This document shows positions 18,671-28,187 of a stretch of DNA of 64,000 bases, piece after piece (the first letter of the stretch is position 1; each line of letters begins with the position of its first letter). Source of the DNA: Candidatus Pelagibacter sp. (GTDB lineage: Bacteria > Pseudomonadota > Alphaproteobacteria > Pelagibacterales > Pelagibacteraceae); NCBI RefSeq assembly GCF_052049935.1, contig NZ_JBNGZA010000002.1:19977-83976 (forward strand). Reading direction: 5' to 3'. The position numbers and the translations under genes were made by a program. The notes beneath the pieces were generated by a model. That model saw only the letters and a list, made by a program, of their open reading frames with translations, was not told where the DNA came from and searched no databases.

Positions 18671-20003
18671 TGTTCAAAAAATATCCAATAAAGATTAATA
18701 CAGCAAAACCCATTATCCAATTAGTAGCCATAATAGTATAAAAAATATCTTCATAGTTTCCGCCTCTAATATTAATAACATACCACAAACATAAAAAGGG
18801 AAATGCTGTTAATCGTAAAATACTCAAATATAAACTGTAAATCGGTTTTTTGACTGCTTGAAAGACTGCTGTAGTTATAAAAAATACCGGATAAATTGGA
18901 CCAATTAATGCAGCCACTTGTAAATAAATAATACCATGTTTAATCGCTTCTTCATTGTCAGTAAATAAAGAAACTAAATATTCTGCACCAAAAAAAATAA
19001 TTAAACCTGCACAAATCATAAAAGATGATCCAAAAAATAAGGCTTTTTTATATAATTCTCGTATACGTTCAAATTTTTTTGCACCAAAATTTTGTCCACC
19101 TATTGATAGGACAGCTGTATTCAGTCCAATAACTGGTAATAAAAAAACTTGTTCAATTCTTAAAGCTGCTCCATAACCAGCAGCTGCAAGTTCGCCAAAT
19201 TGTCCAATAAAATATAATACGTTAAAAATACCAACACCAATAAACAACATGCTAAACATAATTGGCAGTGATTGTTCTAACAATTCTTTAAGAAGTTTTA
19301 AATTAGGAACAAAACATTCAATTTTAAGAAATTCTCTTAATTTACAAGAATTAACTTTATAAGCTAAATATAAAGTTCCAATTGTTTGAGAAATTACTGT
19401 TGCGATTGCTAAACCTGAAATACCAAAACCTGGAATAAAAGCATATCCCCAAATAAATAGAGGATTTAAAAATATATTAAGAAAGAAACTAAATATTAAA
19501 ACATTTCTATAACTCTTTGTATCACCTTGAGCATTAAGAGTTCCATTGAGAGATATTTGTATCAAAACAATAAATGTTCCATAAAAAATTATATCCAAAT
19601 ATTCTCTAGTAAGAATTATACTTTGTTGATCTGAACCCATTACAGATAACAAAAAATTTGAGGAATTTAGACCAAACAAAGTTACTATCACTGATACGAT
19701 AACAGCGAAAATTACTGATTGTGCAACTAATAAAGAAGCCTTCCTAATTTTTTTTTCTCCTAAAAGATTTCCAATGCAAGCATTCGTTGCAGCGCCTATA
19801 CCAACGCCAACTGCAATAATCACAAAATAAATAGGAAATGATTTTGCTATTGCACCAATTGCTTCAGCTGATATTTTTCCTGCAAACCAAGTATCAACAA
19901 GATTATAAAAAGTTTGAAATAAAGATCCTGTACTTGCTGGTATAGTAACTTTTCTAAGTAATTCCCATATAGGGTCCTTAGTAAGTTTGATTGATTTAGA
20001 CAA
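18633..20003 (-). CDS. MATE family efflux transporter
   Basis: PASTGSLFQTFYNLVDTWFAG, GDTK, G..GLAIATVISQ, duplicated 6-TM architecture. Confidence 0.92.
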   Translation of the reverse strand: MSKSIKLTKDPIWELLRKVTIPASTGSLFQTFYNLVDTWFAGKISAEAIGAIAKSFPIYFVIIAVGVGIGAATNACIGNLLGEKKIRKASLLVAQSVIFAVIVSVIVTLFGLNSSNFLLSVMGSDQQSIILTREYLDIIFYGTFIVLIQISLNGTLNAQGDTKSYRNVLIFSFFLNIFLNPLFIWGYAFIPGFGISGLAIATVISQTIGTLYLAYKVNSCKLREFLKIECFVPNLKLLKELLEQSLPIMFSMLFIGVGIFNVLYFIGQFGELAAAGYGAALRIEQVFLLPVIGLNTAVLSIGGQNFGAKKFERIRELYKKALFFGSSFMICAGLIIFFGAEYLVSLFTDNEEAIKHGIIYLQVAALIGPIYPVFFITTAVFQAVKKPIYSLYLSILRLTAFPFLCLWYVINIRGGNYEDIFYTIMATNWIMGFAVLIFIGYFLNNVFKQNKKLFSF

Positions 20004-20011
20004 ATAATCCC

Positions 20012-20920
20012 CTATTTAAATTCTTTCTGAAATAAATAATTTTTTCCTGATTTTTTTGCTCTATATATCTGACTTTGTCTCATTCTAAAACGTGATTTTT
20101 GAGAAGTTGTTAATTTATCAAAACAATTTGGGCAAGATACTCCCTCTTCATATTTCTTTGATTTTTTATCCTTATTTGATATAGGCATTCTACATCCACT
20201 ACACATTGAGTGTGTGCCTATCTTTAAACCATGTTTTAAACTTATTCTGTTATCGAAAACAAAACATTCGCCTTTCCATAAACTTTGATCCTTTTTAATT
20301 TTTTTAAGGTAATTCAAAATTCCACCATTTAATTGAAAAATGTTCTTAAATCCTTTTTTTTGTAAATAAACAGAAGTTTTTTCACATCTAATACCACCAG
20401 TACAAAACATTGCGACTGGTTTATCTTTTTTAAGTTTATTAAGATACTTAGGAAAATCTCTAAAATTAGTTACGTCGGGATTTACTGCTTTTTTAAAAGT
20501 TCCAACTTTATATTCAAATGGTTTTCTAGTATCAATTATATGAGTATCTTTATTTTTAATCAGCTTATTCCAATCCTTTGGCTCTAAATGCGTTTTCAAA
20601 TTTCTTTCTTTCGAATTTAATTTTAAATTCATAGGAACAATTTCATCTTTTATTTTAACTTTTGGTTTATGAAACGGTTGAAAATCTGAATTAGACTCAT
20701 TGAAATTATCAAATTTTTTAAAAGAGAATAAAGATTTGATTTTTTTTTTTGTTTTTTCAATGTTTGATACTCTGCCAGATATAGTGCCATTAAGACCTTC
20801 TTTGGCTATAATAATAGTTCCTCTAATATTATTATTATTGAAAAATGTGGTTAAAATCTCTTTATTCTTTTTTAAAGATTTAACTTTAATAAATTTATAA
20901 AATCCAAAAACTTTAAACAT
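20012..20920 (-). CDS. trhO: Oxygen-dependent tRNA uridine(34) hydroxylase, rhodanese-domain (UPF0176)
   Basis: GTIIIAKEGLNGT, KVKIKDEIV, IDTRKPFEYKVGTF, MFCTGGIRCEK, GGILNY, GECFVFDNR, C-terminal Cys cluster. Confidence 0.9.
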   Translation of the reverse strand: MFKVFGFYKFIKVKSLKKNKEILTTFFNNNNIRGTIIIAKEGLNGTISGRVSNIEKTKKKIKSLFSFKKFDNFNESNSDFQPFHKPKVKIKDEIVPMNLKLNSKERNLKTHLEPKDWNKLIKNKDTHIIDTRKPFEYKVGTFKKAVNPDVTNFRDFPKYLNKLKKDKPVAMFCTGGIRCEKTSVYLQKKGFKNIFQLNGGILNYLKKIKKDQSLWKGECFVFDNRISLKHGLKIGTHSMCSGCRMPISNKDKKSKKYEEGVSCPNCFDKLTTSQKSRFRMRQSQIYRAKKSGKNYLFQKEFK

Positions 20921-21570
20921 TATAATACTCTACAAACAGTCATTCCATCACCTAATGGAAAAATTATTTGCTCTACTCTATGATCATCTAAAACAAACTT
21001 ATTAAATTCTCTTATATTTAATGTGAATTTGTCATTATTTTTTTTATCTACTACTTCTCCGTGCCACAAAACATTATCAATAATTATTAATCCACCTTTT
21101 CTTGTTAGATGTAATGAATTTTCATAATATCTTTTATAATTCATTTTATCTGCATCAATAAATACCATATCAAATTTTTCATTCTTTAATTCTTCAAGAC
21201 TATCAATCGCAGGTTTTATGATAGTCTTAATTTTATGATCTTGATTAGCTTTTTTAAAAAAATTAACAGCAACTTTGTTTGTCTCCTCATTTTTATCAAG
21301 AGCAATTAACTTACCATCGTTAGGTAATGCAAGAGAAATTGAGAGAGCACTTAGACCAGTAAACGTTCCAATTTCAAGAACACTTTTAATATTTGCAATT
21401 TTGATTATCAAATGAAGAAAATTACACTGCGTAGGATCAATCTGCATCCTTTTTATTTCTCCTAAAGTTTTATTATAATCAATTATCTCTTGTTGGATTG
21501 GATTTAATTCAAAACTAAAATCTTTAATATAGCTTTGTAATTTTTCTGTAATTTCTAGGTTTGCACCCAT
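20920..21570 (-). CDS. SAM-dependent O-methyltransferase, Methyltransf_3 (COMT/CCoAOMT/TrmR-like)
   Basis: LEIGTFTGLSAL, FIDADK, IDNVLWHG. Confidence 0.92.
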   Translation of the reverse strand: MGANLEITEKLQSYIKDFSFELNPIQQEIIDYNKTLGEIKRMQIDPTQCNFLHLIIKIANIKSVLEIGTFTGLSALSISLALPNDGKLIALDKNEETNKVAVNFFKKANQDHKIKTIIKPAIDSLEELKNEKFDMVFIDADKMNYKRYYENSLHLTRKGGLIIIDNVLWHGEVVDKKNNDKFTLNIREFNKFVLDDHRVEQIIFPLGDGMTVCRVL

Positions 21571-21574
21571 TTTA

Positions 21575-23050
21575 TTAAAGTTTTTTCTTTAATATTTCAT
21601 TTATCAATTGAGGATTAGCTTTGCCACCTGAAGCTTTCATTGCTTGACCAACAAAAAAACCAAATAATTTTTCTTTACCGTTTTTATATTCAATTGCCTT
21701 TTCTCTGTTGTCATTAATTATTTTATCAATCAATGCTTCTAATGCTTTTGGATCACTTTGTTGTTTCAAACCTTTTTCTTCAACAATTTTTTGAGGATCT
21801 TGGTCACCATCAATCATAAATTCAAAAATTGTCTTTGCAATTTTACCTGAAATTGTTCCATTTTTTATTAAGTTTACCAAAATAGCTAAATTTTTTGCAC
21901 TAACAGGACTTTGTGAAATCTCTAAATTTTTATCGTTTAAGACTGCAAATAATTCACCAGTAATCCAATTGACTGCTAATTTAATATCTTTATTTTTACC
22001 CATCTTCGCTACAACTTCTTCAAAATATTTTGAAGTTTCTATATCAGAAACAAGAATAGTTGCTTCGTACGGAGAAAGTTTAAATTCATCAATAAACCTT
22101 TTCTTTTTATCATCCGGTAACTCTGGAATATCTTTTTTAATATCATCGATAAATTCCTCAGAAACTTCCAATGGTAGTAAATCAGGATCAGGAAAATATC
22201 TATAATCATGAGCATCTTCTTTCGATCTCATAGATCTTGTTTCATTTTTTTTTGTATCAAACAATCTAGTTTCTTGGTCAATTGTTTGACCTTCTTCGAT
22301 TAAATCAACTTGTCTATTTGCTTCATATTCAATAGCCATCTGCATAAATTTAATTGAATTTACATTTTTAATTTCACACCTAGTACCAAATTCTTTTGCA
22401 CCTTTTGGTCTAACTGAAACATTTACATCAGCTCTCAAAGAGCCCTCTTGCATGTTACCATCACAAGTGCCTAGATATCTCATAATTGATCTTAATTTTT
22501 TAATATAAGCATTAACTTCATCAGGTGATCTTAAATCAGGTTTACTTACAATTTCCATTAAGGCTACTCCAGATCTATTTAAATCTACGAACGTATTTTG
22601 AGGATCAAGATCGTGTATACTTTTTCCAGCATCTTGCTCTAGATGTAATCTTTCAATACCAATTTCTTTTTGTCCCTCAGGCAAATCTAAAATTACTTTT
22701 CCTTCACCTACAATTGGATCTTTAAATTGGGAGATTTGATATCCTTGAGGTAAATCAGCGTAAAAATAATTTTTTCTGTCAAAGACTGAACGTTTATTAA
22801 TTTTTGCGTTTAATCCAATTCCAGTTTTTATTGCTTGCTTTACACAAAATTCATTTATCACTGGCAACATTCCAGGAAAAGCTGCATCAACTAAACTTAC
22901 TTGAGTATTAGGTTCGGCTCCAAATTTAGTTGCAGAAGAAGAAAAAAGTTTTGATTCTGAAGTTACTTGTGCGTGGACTTCTAGTCCTATTATAACTTCA
23001 TACTGATTATCCTTTCTGTTGATTAAATATTCACCTTTGTTTTTACTCAT
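21575..23050 (-). CDS. gatB: Asp/Glu-tRNA amidotransferase subunit B
   Basis: [51 protein letters not shown]. Confidence 0.98.
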   Translation of the reverse strand: MSKNKGEYLINRKDNQYEVIIGLEVHAQVTSESKLFSSSATKFGAEPNTQVSLVDAAFPGMLPVINEFCVKQAIKTGIGLNAKINKRSVFDRKNYFYADLPQGYQISQFKDPIVGEGKVILDLPEGQKEIGIERLHLEQDAGKSIHDLDPQNTFVDLNRSGVALMEIVSKPDLRSPDEVNAYIKKLRSIMRYLGTCDGNMQEGSLRADVNVSVRPKGAKEFGTRCEIKNVNSIKFMQMAIEYEANRQVDLIEEGQTIDQETRLFDTKKNETRSMRSKEDAHDYRYFPDPDLLPLEVSEEFIDDIKKDIPELPDDKKKRFIDEFKLSPYEATILVSDIETSKYFEEVVAKMGKNKDIKLAVNWITGELFAVLNDKNLEISQSPVSAKNLAILVNLIKNGTISGKIAKTIFEFMIDGDQDPQKIVEEKGLKQQSDPKALEALIDKIINDNREKAIEYKNGKEKLFGFFVGQAMKASGGKANPQLINEILKKKL

Positions 23051-24504
23051 TTAATCCACCAATCAGTTATATTATTTTTAAAACCAATTTTTTCTTCCAT
23101 GGCATATGCAATGTTTAATATATTTTGTTCATCAAATGCTTTACCAATGATTTGTAATCCTAATGGATAACCTTTTGCATCATGGCCAGCTGGAATAGAT
23201 ATTCCAGGTAAACCAGCTAAATTAACTGGTACAGTAAATATGTCATTTAAATACATAGAAACTGGATCGTCTTTTTTTTCACCAATTTTAAAAGCTGAAC
23301 TTGGTGTAGATGGAGTTAATATTGCATCTACCTGATTATAAGCTTCGTCAAAATCATTTTTAATTAATTTTCTTACCTTTTGAGCTTTGAGATAATAAGC
23401 ATCATAATACCCTGAAGATAAAACATATGTTCCAATCATAATACGTCTTTGAACCTCTGGTCCAAAACCTTCAGATCTAGTTTTTTCATACATATCAATT
23501 AAATTTTTACCTTCGGCTCTAAAACCGTATTTAACTCCATCATATCTAGCTAAATTTGATGAGGCTTCTGCAGGTGCAACAATGTAATAAGTTGGTAAAG
23601 CATAACTTGTATGTGGTAAAGAAATATCAACGACCTCTGCCCCACATTCTTTAATATAATCAATTCCTTTTTGCCATAAATCCTCTATTTCTTTTGGCAT
23701 TCCTTCAACCCTGTATTCTTTAGGTATTCCTATTTTTTTTCCTTTGATATTTTTACTAAGTTCTTGGAGATAATTATTTCTTTTAAAATTAATAGAAGTT
23801 GAATCTTTATTATCAAAAGTACTAATAACCTCATGTAACAAAGCACAGTCCTCAACATTTTGAGACATTGGACCTGCTTGATCTAAAGATGATGCGAAGG
23901 CAACAATTCCATATCGAGAACAACTGCCATAAGTAGGTTTAAGACCAACGGTTCCTGTAAATGACGCTGGTTGTCTAATAGATCCACCGGTATCTGTACC
24001 TATAGTAATGGGAGTTAATTGTGCAGCTACAGCAGATGCCGAACCACCCGAAGAACCTCCAGGCACTAAATTTTCATCAATTGGATTCTGTACATTGCCG
24101 TAATAACTTGTTTCATTTGATGAACCCATCGCAAACTCATCACAATTTAACTTGCCTAATAATATCCCTCCAGCATTCCATAAATTATCTGTAACTGTAG
24201 ACTCATATGTTGGAGTAAAACTTTGTAATATTTTACTTCCAGCGGTTGTTTTGACATTTTTTGTACAAAATAAATCTTTAACAGCTATTGGGATGCCTGG
24301 TAACTTTAAATCTAGATTTGGTTTTTCATCAAATTGTTTAGCTTTTGTTAAAGCATTTTCAAAATCAGTAGTTATATAAGCATTAAGTGTTTTTGATTTT
24401 TCAGATCTTTCTATGAAAGCTTTTGTTACTTCTGTTGAAGAAACTTTTTTTTCTTTAATATTTTTACATAATTTTACTAATGTTTGTGTTGTTAAATCAG
24501 ACAT
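23047..24504 (-). CDS. gatA: Asp/Glu-tRNA amidotransferase subunit A
   Basis: [25 protein letters not shown] amidase signature. Confidence 0.98.
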   Translation of the reverse strand: MSDLTTQTLVKLCKNIKEKKVSSTEVTKAFIERSEKSKTLNAYITTDFENALTKAKQFDEKPNLDLKLPGIPIAVKDLFCTKNVKTTAGSKILQSFTPTYESTVTDNLWNAGGILLGKLNCDEFAMGSSNETSYYGNVQNPIDENLVPGGSSGGSASAVAAQLTPITIGTDTGGSIRQPASFTGTVGLKPTYGSCSRYGIVAFASSLDQAGPMSQNVEDCALLHEVISTFDNKDSTSINFKRNNYLQELSKNIKGKKIGIPKEYRVEGMPKEIEDLWQKGIDYIKECGAEVVDISLPHTSYALPTYYIVAPAEASSNLARYDGVKYGFRAEGKNLIDMYEKTRSEGFGPEVQRRIMIGTYVLSSGYYDAYYLKAQKVRKLIKNDFDEAYNQVDAILTPSTPSSAFKIGEKKDDPVSMYLNDIFTVPVNLAGLPGISIPAGHDAKGYPLGLQIIGKAFDEQNILNIAYAMEEKIGFKNNITDWWIK

Positions 24505-24791
24505 TATTCAACCACCTTAGGTACTACAAAAAAATCTTTATTCTCTTTTGGTGAATTTTTAATTATTTCCTCTTTTATGTTTTTACTTTTAACTTCATCA
24601 CCCCTTAATCGGAGAGTTGTCTCAGCAACAGATGTCAAAGGTTCAACATTATCAGTCTTTAATTCATTTAATTTTTCTATAAACTTAAATATAGAATTTA
24701 AATCACCAGCTAGTTTTTCTGCTTTTGCTTCATCTACAGATATTCTTGATAATTTAGATATATGCTTTATTGTTTTAAGGTCTATTGTCAT
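24504..24791 (-). CDS. gatC: Asp/Glu-tRNA amidotransferase subunit C
   Basis: [10 protein letters not shown]...FFVVPKVVE. Start set to ATG 24791 because a predicted promoter lies at 24812-24840. Confidence 0.93.
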   Translation of the reverse strand: MTIDLKTIKHISKLSRISVDEAKAEKLAGDLNSIFKFIEKLNELKTDNVEPLTSVAETTLRLRGDEVKSKNIKEEIIKNSPKENKDFFVVPKVVE

Positions 24792-24811
24792 ATGAAAATA
24801 AAATACGTCGC

Positions 24812-24840
24812 AAACTATCATCTAACATTAAAATTTACAA
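24812..24840 (-). promoter_or_regulatory. Candidate gatC operon promoter TTGTAA-17-(TGn)TAGTTT
   Basis: -35 at 24840-24835, extended -10 at 24820-24812. Confidence 0.55.
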
Positions 24841-24841
24841 C

Positions 24842-25297
24842 ATGATCACACTAGAAGAGTTTAAAAAAAATAACCCGAAAAAATGTAGATTAATTGGATT
24901 AGATTTAGGGTCTAAAAGAATTGGGGTCGCAATTTGTGATGAAAATTGGTCTATTGCAACTCCATTTAAAACAATACAAAAAACGACGAAAGAAAATCTT
25001 ATTAAGGATTTAAATGAGATAATTTTAGAAAATAATATTGCGGGAATCGTAGTAGGAAATCCTATAAATATGGATGGTTCGTTGGGTAGATCTACTCAAT
25101 CAGTTAAAGATGTATCTTCAAATATCAGTGAATTAATAAAAATCCCTGTCTGTTTATGGGATGAAAGATTATCTACTGTAGGTGCTTTTAATCTATCTAG
25201 TCAATTAGATATTAATGTCTCTAAAAGAGAGAAAAATATAGATCAAAATGCAGCTGCTTTTATTTTACAGGGAGCAATTGATTATTTAAATAATTAA
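24842..25297 (+). CDS. yqgF: Pre-16S rRNA nuclease / RuvX family (YqgF)
   Basis: IGLDLGSKRIGVAI, GNPINMDGS, WDERLST, IDQNAAAFILQ. Start set to ATG 24842 because the ORF-track start overlaps gatC. Confidence 0.93.
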   Translation: MITLEEFKKNNPKKCRLIGLDLGSKRIGVAICDENWSIATPFKTIQKTTKENLIKDLNEIILENNIAGIVVGNPINMDGSLGRSTQSVKDVSSNISELIKIPVCLWDERLSTVGAFNLSSQLDINVSKREKNIDQNAAAFILQGAIDYLNN

Positions 25298-25300
25298 GAC

Positions 25301-25329
25301 TTGCTTTATTAATTATTAATAGTTATAGA
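25301..25329 (+). promoter_or_regulatory. Candidate pyrB promoter TTGCTT-17-TATAGA
   Basis: Spacer contains the inverted repeat TATTAAT-T-ATTAATA (25307-25321). Confidence 0.4.
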
Positions 25330-25339
25330 GTTGGTTTTA

Positions 25340-26281
25340 ATGGCAGTTAAATTAAATAAAGCTATTAAAATTTCCCAAAAACATTTGTTAGGAATCCAAG
25401 ATTTATCTATAAACGATGTATTACTTATTTTAGATGAAGCTCAGGCATTCATAAAATTAAATAGAAGTAAAAATAAAAAAATTGATATCCTAAGAGGAAA
25501 AACTCAAATTAACCTATTTTTTGAACCATCTACGAGAACACAAAGTTCATTTGAACTTGCAGGAAAGAGATTAGGTGCAGATGTAATGTCAATGAACATT
25601 GGAAACTCTGCAATTAAAAAAGGTGAAACACTTATAGATACTGCAATGACATTAAATGCAATGCATCCTGATTTAATTGTTATTAGACATCAAGACTCAG
25701 GTGCATGCAATCTGCTTTCTCAAAAAGTGAATTGTGCTGTACTGAATGCTGGTGATGGTAGAAGAGAACATCCTACTCAGGCTTTGCTAGATGCTTTAAC
25801 AATAATCGATAGAAAGAAAAAAATAGAAGGTTTAAAAATAGCCATTTGTGGAGACATACTTCATTCTAGAGTAGCAAGATCAAATATTTATTTATTAAAC
25901 ATGTTGGGAGCCGAGGTAAATATAATTGCTCCAACAAATTTAATGCCAAAATCAATAGATAAATTTGGTGTTAACACTTTCACAGATATGAAAAAAGGTG
26001 TGAAAGATTGTGATATAGTGATGATGCTTAGATTGCAAAATGAGAGAATGTCTAGTTCGTTTCTAGCTTCAAATAGAGAATACTATGAATATTATGGTTT
26101 AACTCCAGATAAATTGGAATATGCAAAAGATGATGCTCTAATTATGCATCCTGGTCCTATGAACAGAGGAATTGAGATCGACACTAAGTTAGCAGATGAC
26201 ATTAATAAAAGCGTTATCAAAGAACAAGTAGAATTAGGAGTGGCTGTAAGGATGGCTTGCTTAAAATTATTTTGTGAATAA
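25340..26281 (+). CDS. pyrB: Aspartate carbamoyltransferase catalytic subunit
   Basis: [38 protein letters not shown] 25340 preferred to TTG 25331. Confidence 0.97.
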   Translation: MAVKLNKAIKISQKHLLGIQDLSINDVLLILDEAQAFIKLNRSKNKKIDILRGKTQINLFFEPSTRTQSSFELAGKRLGADVMSMNIGNSAIKKGETLIDTAMTLNAMHPDLIVIRHQDSGACNLLSQKVNCAVLNAGDGRREHPTQALLDALTIIDRKKKIEGLKIAICGDILHSRVARSNIYLLNMLGAEVNIIAPTNLMPKSIDKFGVNTFTDMKKGVKDCDIVMMLRLQNERMSSSFLASNREYYEYYGLTPDKLEYAKDDALIMHPGPMNRGIEIDTKLADDINKSVIKEQVELGVAVRMACLKLFCE

Positions 26282-27568
26282 ATGAAGAAAAAATATTTTA
26301 TAAATGCAAATATAATTGACCCTAAAAATTCAATTAATGAGAATGGAGGTTTAATTATAAATGAAGAAGGCAAAATTGAAGCAATTGGAAAAAAAGTAAA
26401 TACAAATAATTTACCTTCAAGAGAAAAACCTATTGATTTAAAAGGTAAGCACATTCTTCCTGGCTTAGTTGATATGCGAGTTTTTGTTGGAGAGCCTGGT
26501 TATGAATATAAAGAGAATTTCAGAACTCTAAGTGAAGCTGCATTAGCAGGCGGTGTTACATCGGTGGTAACCATGCCAAATACTAACCCTGTAATAGATG
26601 ATGTTTCAATTGTTGATTTTTTAAAAAGAAGAGGAAGAGACAAATCAAAAATTAATATTTTCCCATGTGCATCCTTAACTGAAAATCTTGAAGGAAAAAA
26701 TATGACTGAATTTGGTTTATTACAAAGTAAGGGAATTATAGCATTTACAGATGGATTAAAAACCATTCAAAATACAAGATTGATGACAAGAATTATGAAT
26801 TCTGCTTTTGATCTTGATAGTTTGATTATGCAACATGCAGAAGATTATGAGTTATCAAAAAATGGAATGATGAATTCAGGTATAATAGCTACTAAATTAG
26901 GGTTATCAGGAATACCCGCGGTAGCTGAAAAAATCATTATTGAAAGAGATCTTACATTGCTGGAGACAATAAAATGCAGATATCATATCTCACAATTATC
27001 ATCCTCAAGATCAGTTCAAACAATTAGAGAAAGGAAAAATAAAGTTAAATTTACCTCAGGAGTATCAATTAATAATTTATCATTAAACGAAAATGATATT
27101 GGAGATTTTAGAACTTTTTTAAAATTATCACCTCCCCTGAGAACTGAAGAAGATAGATTATCTCTAGTTCAAGCAGTTAAAGATGAAATAGTTGATGTTA
27201 TAGTTTCAGATCATAAACCAGAAGATGAAGAGTCAAAAAGACTTACATTCAGTCAAGCGGCGACGGGTGCATCAGGCATTGAAACTTTATTATCTCTTTG
27301 CTTAGAACTTTATCATAATGGGTCTGTAAAATTAGAAACCATTGTAAAAACATTAACATCAAATCCAGCTAAAATTTTGAAAATTAATAAAGGAAATTTA
27401 TCAATCGGCAATGACGCAGATTTTTGTATAGTCGATATTGATAAACCGTGGATTGTAAAAAAAGAAAATTTAATATCTAAATCAAAAAATACTGCAATTG
27501 AAGGTAAAAAACTTCAAGGTAAAGTCACTAATACATTTGTAAATGGAGTAGAATTATTTAAGTTATAA
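26282..27568 (+). CDS. Dihydroorotase homologue, probably catalytically inactive PyrC'-type ATCase partner
   Basis: Amidohydrolase/DHOase fold (AALAGGVTSVVTMPNT, PPLR, SDH) but HxH is replaced by DMRVF. Confidence 0.85.
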   Translation: MKKKYFINANIIDPKNSINENGGLIINEEGKIEAIGKKVNTNNLPSREKPIDLKGKHILPGLVDMRVFVGEPGYEYKENFRTLSEAALAGGVTSVVTMPNTNPVIDDVSIVDFLKRRGRDKSKINIFPCASLTENLEGKNMTEFGLLQSKGIIAFTDGLKTIQNTRLMTRIMNSAFDLDSLIMQHAEDYELSKNGMMNSGIIATKLGLSGIPAVAEKIIIERDLTLLETIKCRYHISQLSSSRSVQTIRERKNKVKFTSGVSINNLSLNENDIGDFRTFLKLSPPLRTEEDRLSLVQAVKDEIVDVIVSDHKPEDEESKRLTFSQAATGASGIETLLSLCLELYHNGSVKLETIVKTLTSNPAKILKINKGNLSIGNDADFCIVDIDKPWIVKKENLISKSKNTAIEGKKLQGKVTNTFVNGVELFKL

Positions 27569-27571
27569 GAA

Positions 27572-28150
27572 ATGGATTATCTTATAATTGGAATTTTATC
27601 TTATCTTTTAGGATCAATACCTTTTGGGTATTTATTAACTAAATTTTTTTTAAAAAAAGATATTAGAGATGTTGGTTCAGGAAATATTGGAGCTACCAAT
27701 GCTTTAAGATCTGGCAATAAGTTGATTGGATACCTAACTCTAGTCTTTGATATTGGAAAAGCTGTAATTCCAGTTTTATTTGTAAAAATAAATTATCCTG
27801 AATTAATTTTTCTTTCATCATTATGTGCTTTTTTAGGTCATGTTTTTCCTTTATGGCTTAAGTTTAAAGGTGGAAAAGGTGTAGCAACTTATTTGGGCAT
27901 CTTATTTGTAATAAATATATCTTATGGAATAATATTTATAACAATATGGTTGTTTATTTATTTCTTATCAAAATATTCTTCATTATCATCTATTTTAGCT
28001 ACTTTATCTATTCCAATATTTTTAGTAATTAGTAAGAATTTTTCTGAAGTATCTTTTTTTGTAATTATGTTTGTATTAATTTTTTTCACTCACAGAGAAA
28101 ATATAAAACGCCTTAAAAACAAAGAAGAAAAAGAGACAAAAATTTATTAA
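27572..28150 (+). CDS. plsY: Glycerol-3-phosphate acyltransferase PlsY
   Basis: LGSIPFG, GSGNIGATN, GGKGVAT, HRENIKRL. Confidence 0.96.
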   Translation: MDYLIIGILSYLLGSIPFGYLLTKFFLKKDIRDVGSGNIGATNALRSGNKLIGYLTLVFDIGKAVIPVLFVKINYPELIFLSSLCAFLGHVFPLWLKFKGGKGVATYLGILFVINISYGIIFITIWLFIYFLSKYSSLSSILATLSIPIFLVISKNFSEVSFFVIMFVLIFFTHRENIKRLKNKEEKETKIY

Positions 28151-28151
28151 A

Positions 28152-28179
28152 TTGACTAAAAAAACCTTTTATGTAGTTT
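28152..28179 (+). promoter_or_regulatory. Candidate topA promoter TTGACT-16-TAGTTT
   Basis: Occupies most of the 37-bp plsY-topA spacer. Confidence 0.5.
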
Positions 28180-28187
28180 GTTAGATT

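Noticed and set aside
25307-25321. Shared regulator for the spacer palindromes at pyrB, soxB and rpsM
   Set aside because: The sequences differ, and pure-AT palindromes are expected by chance
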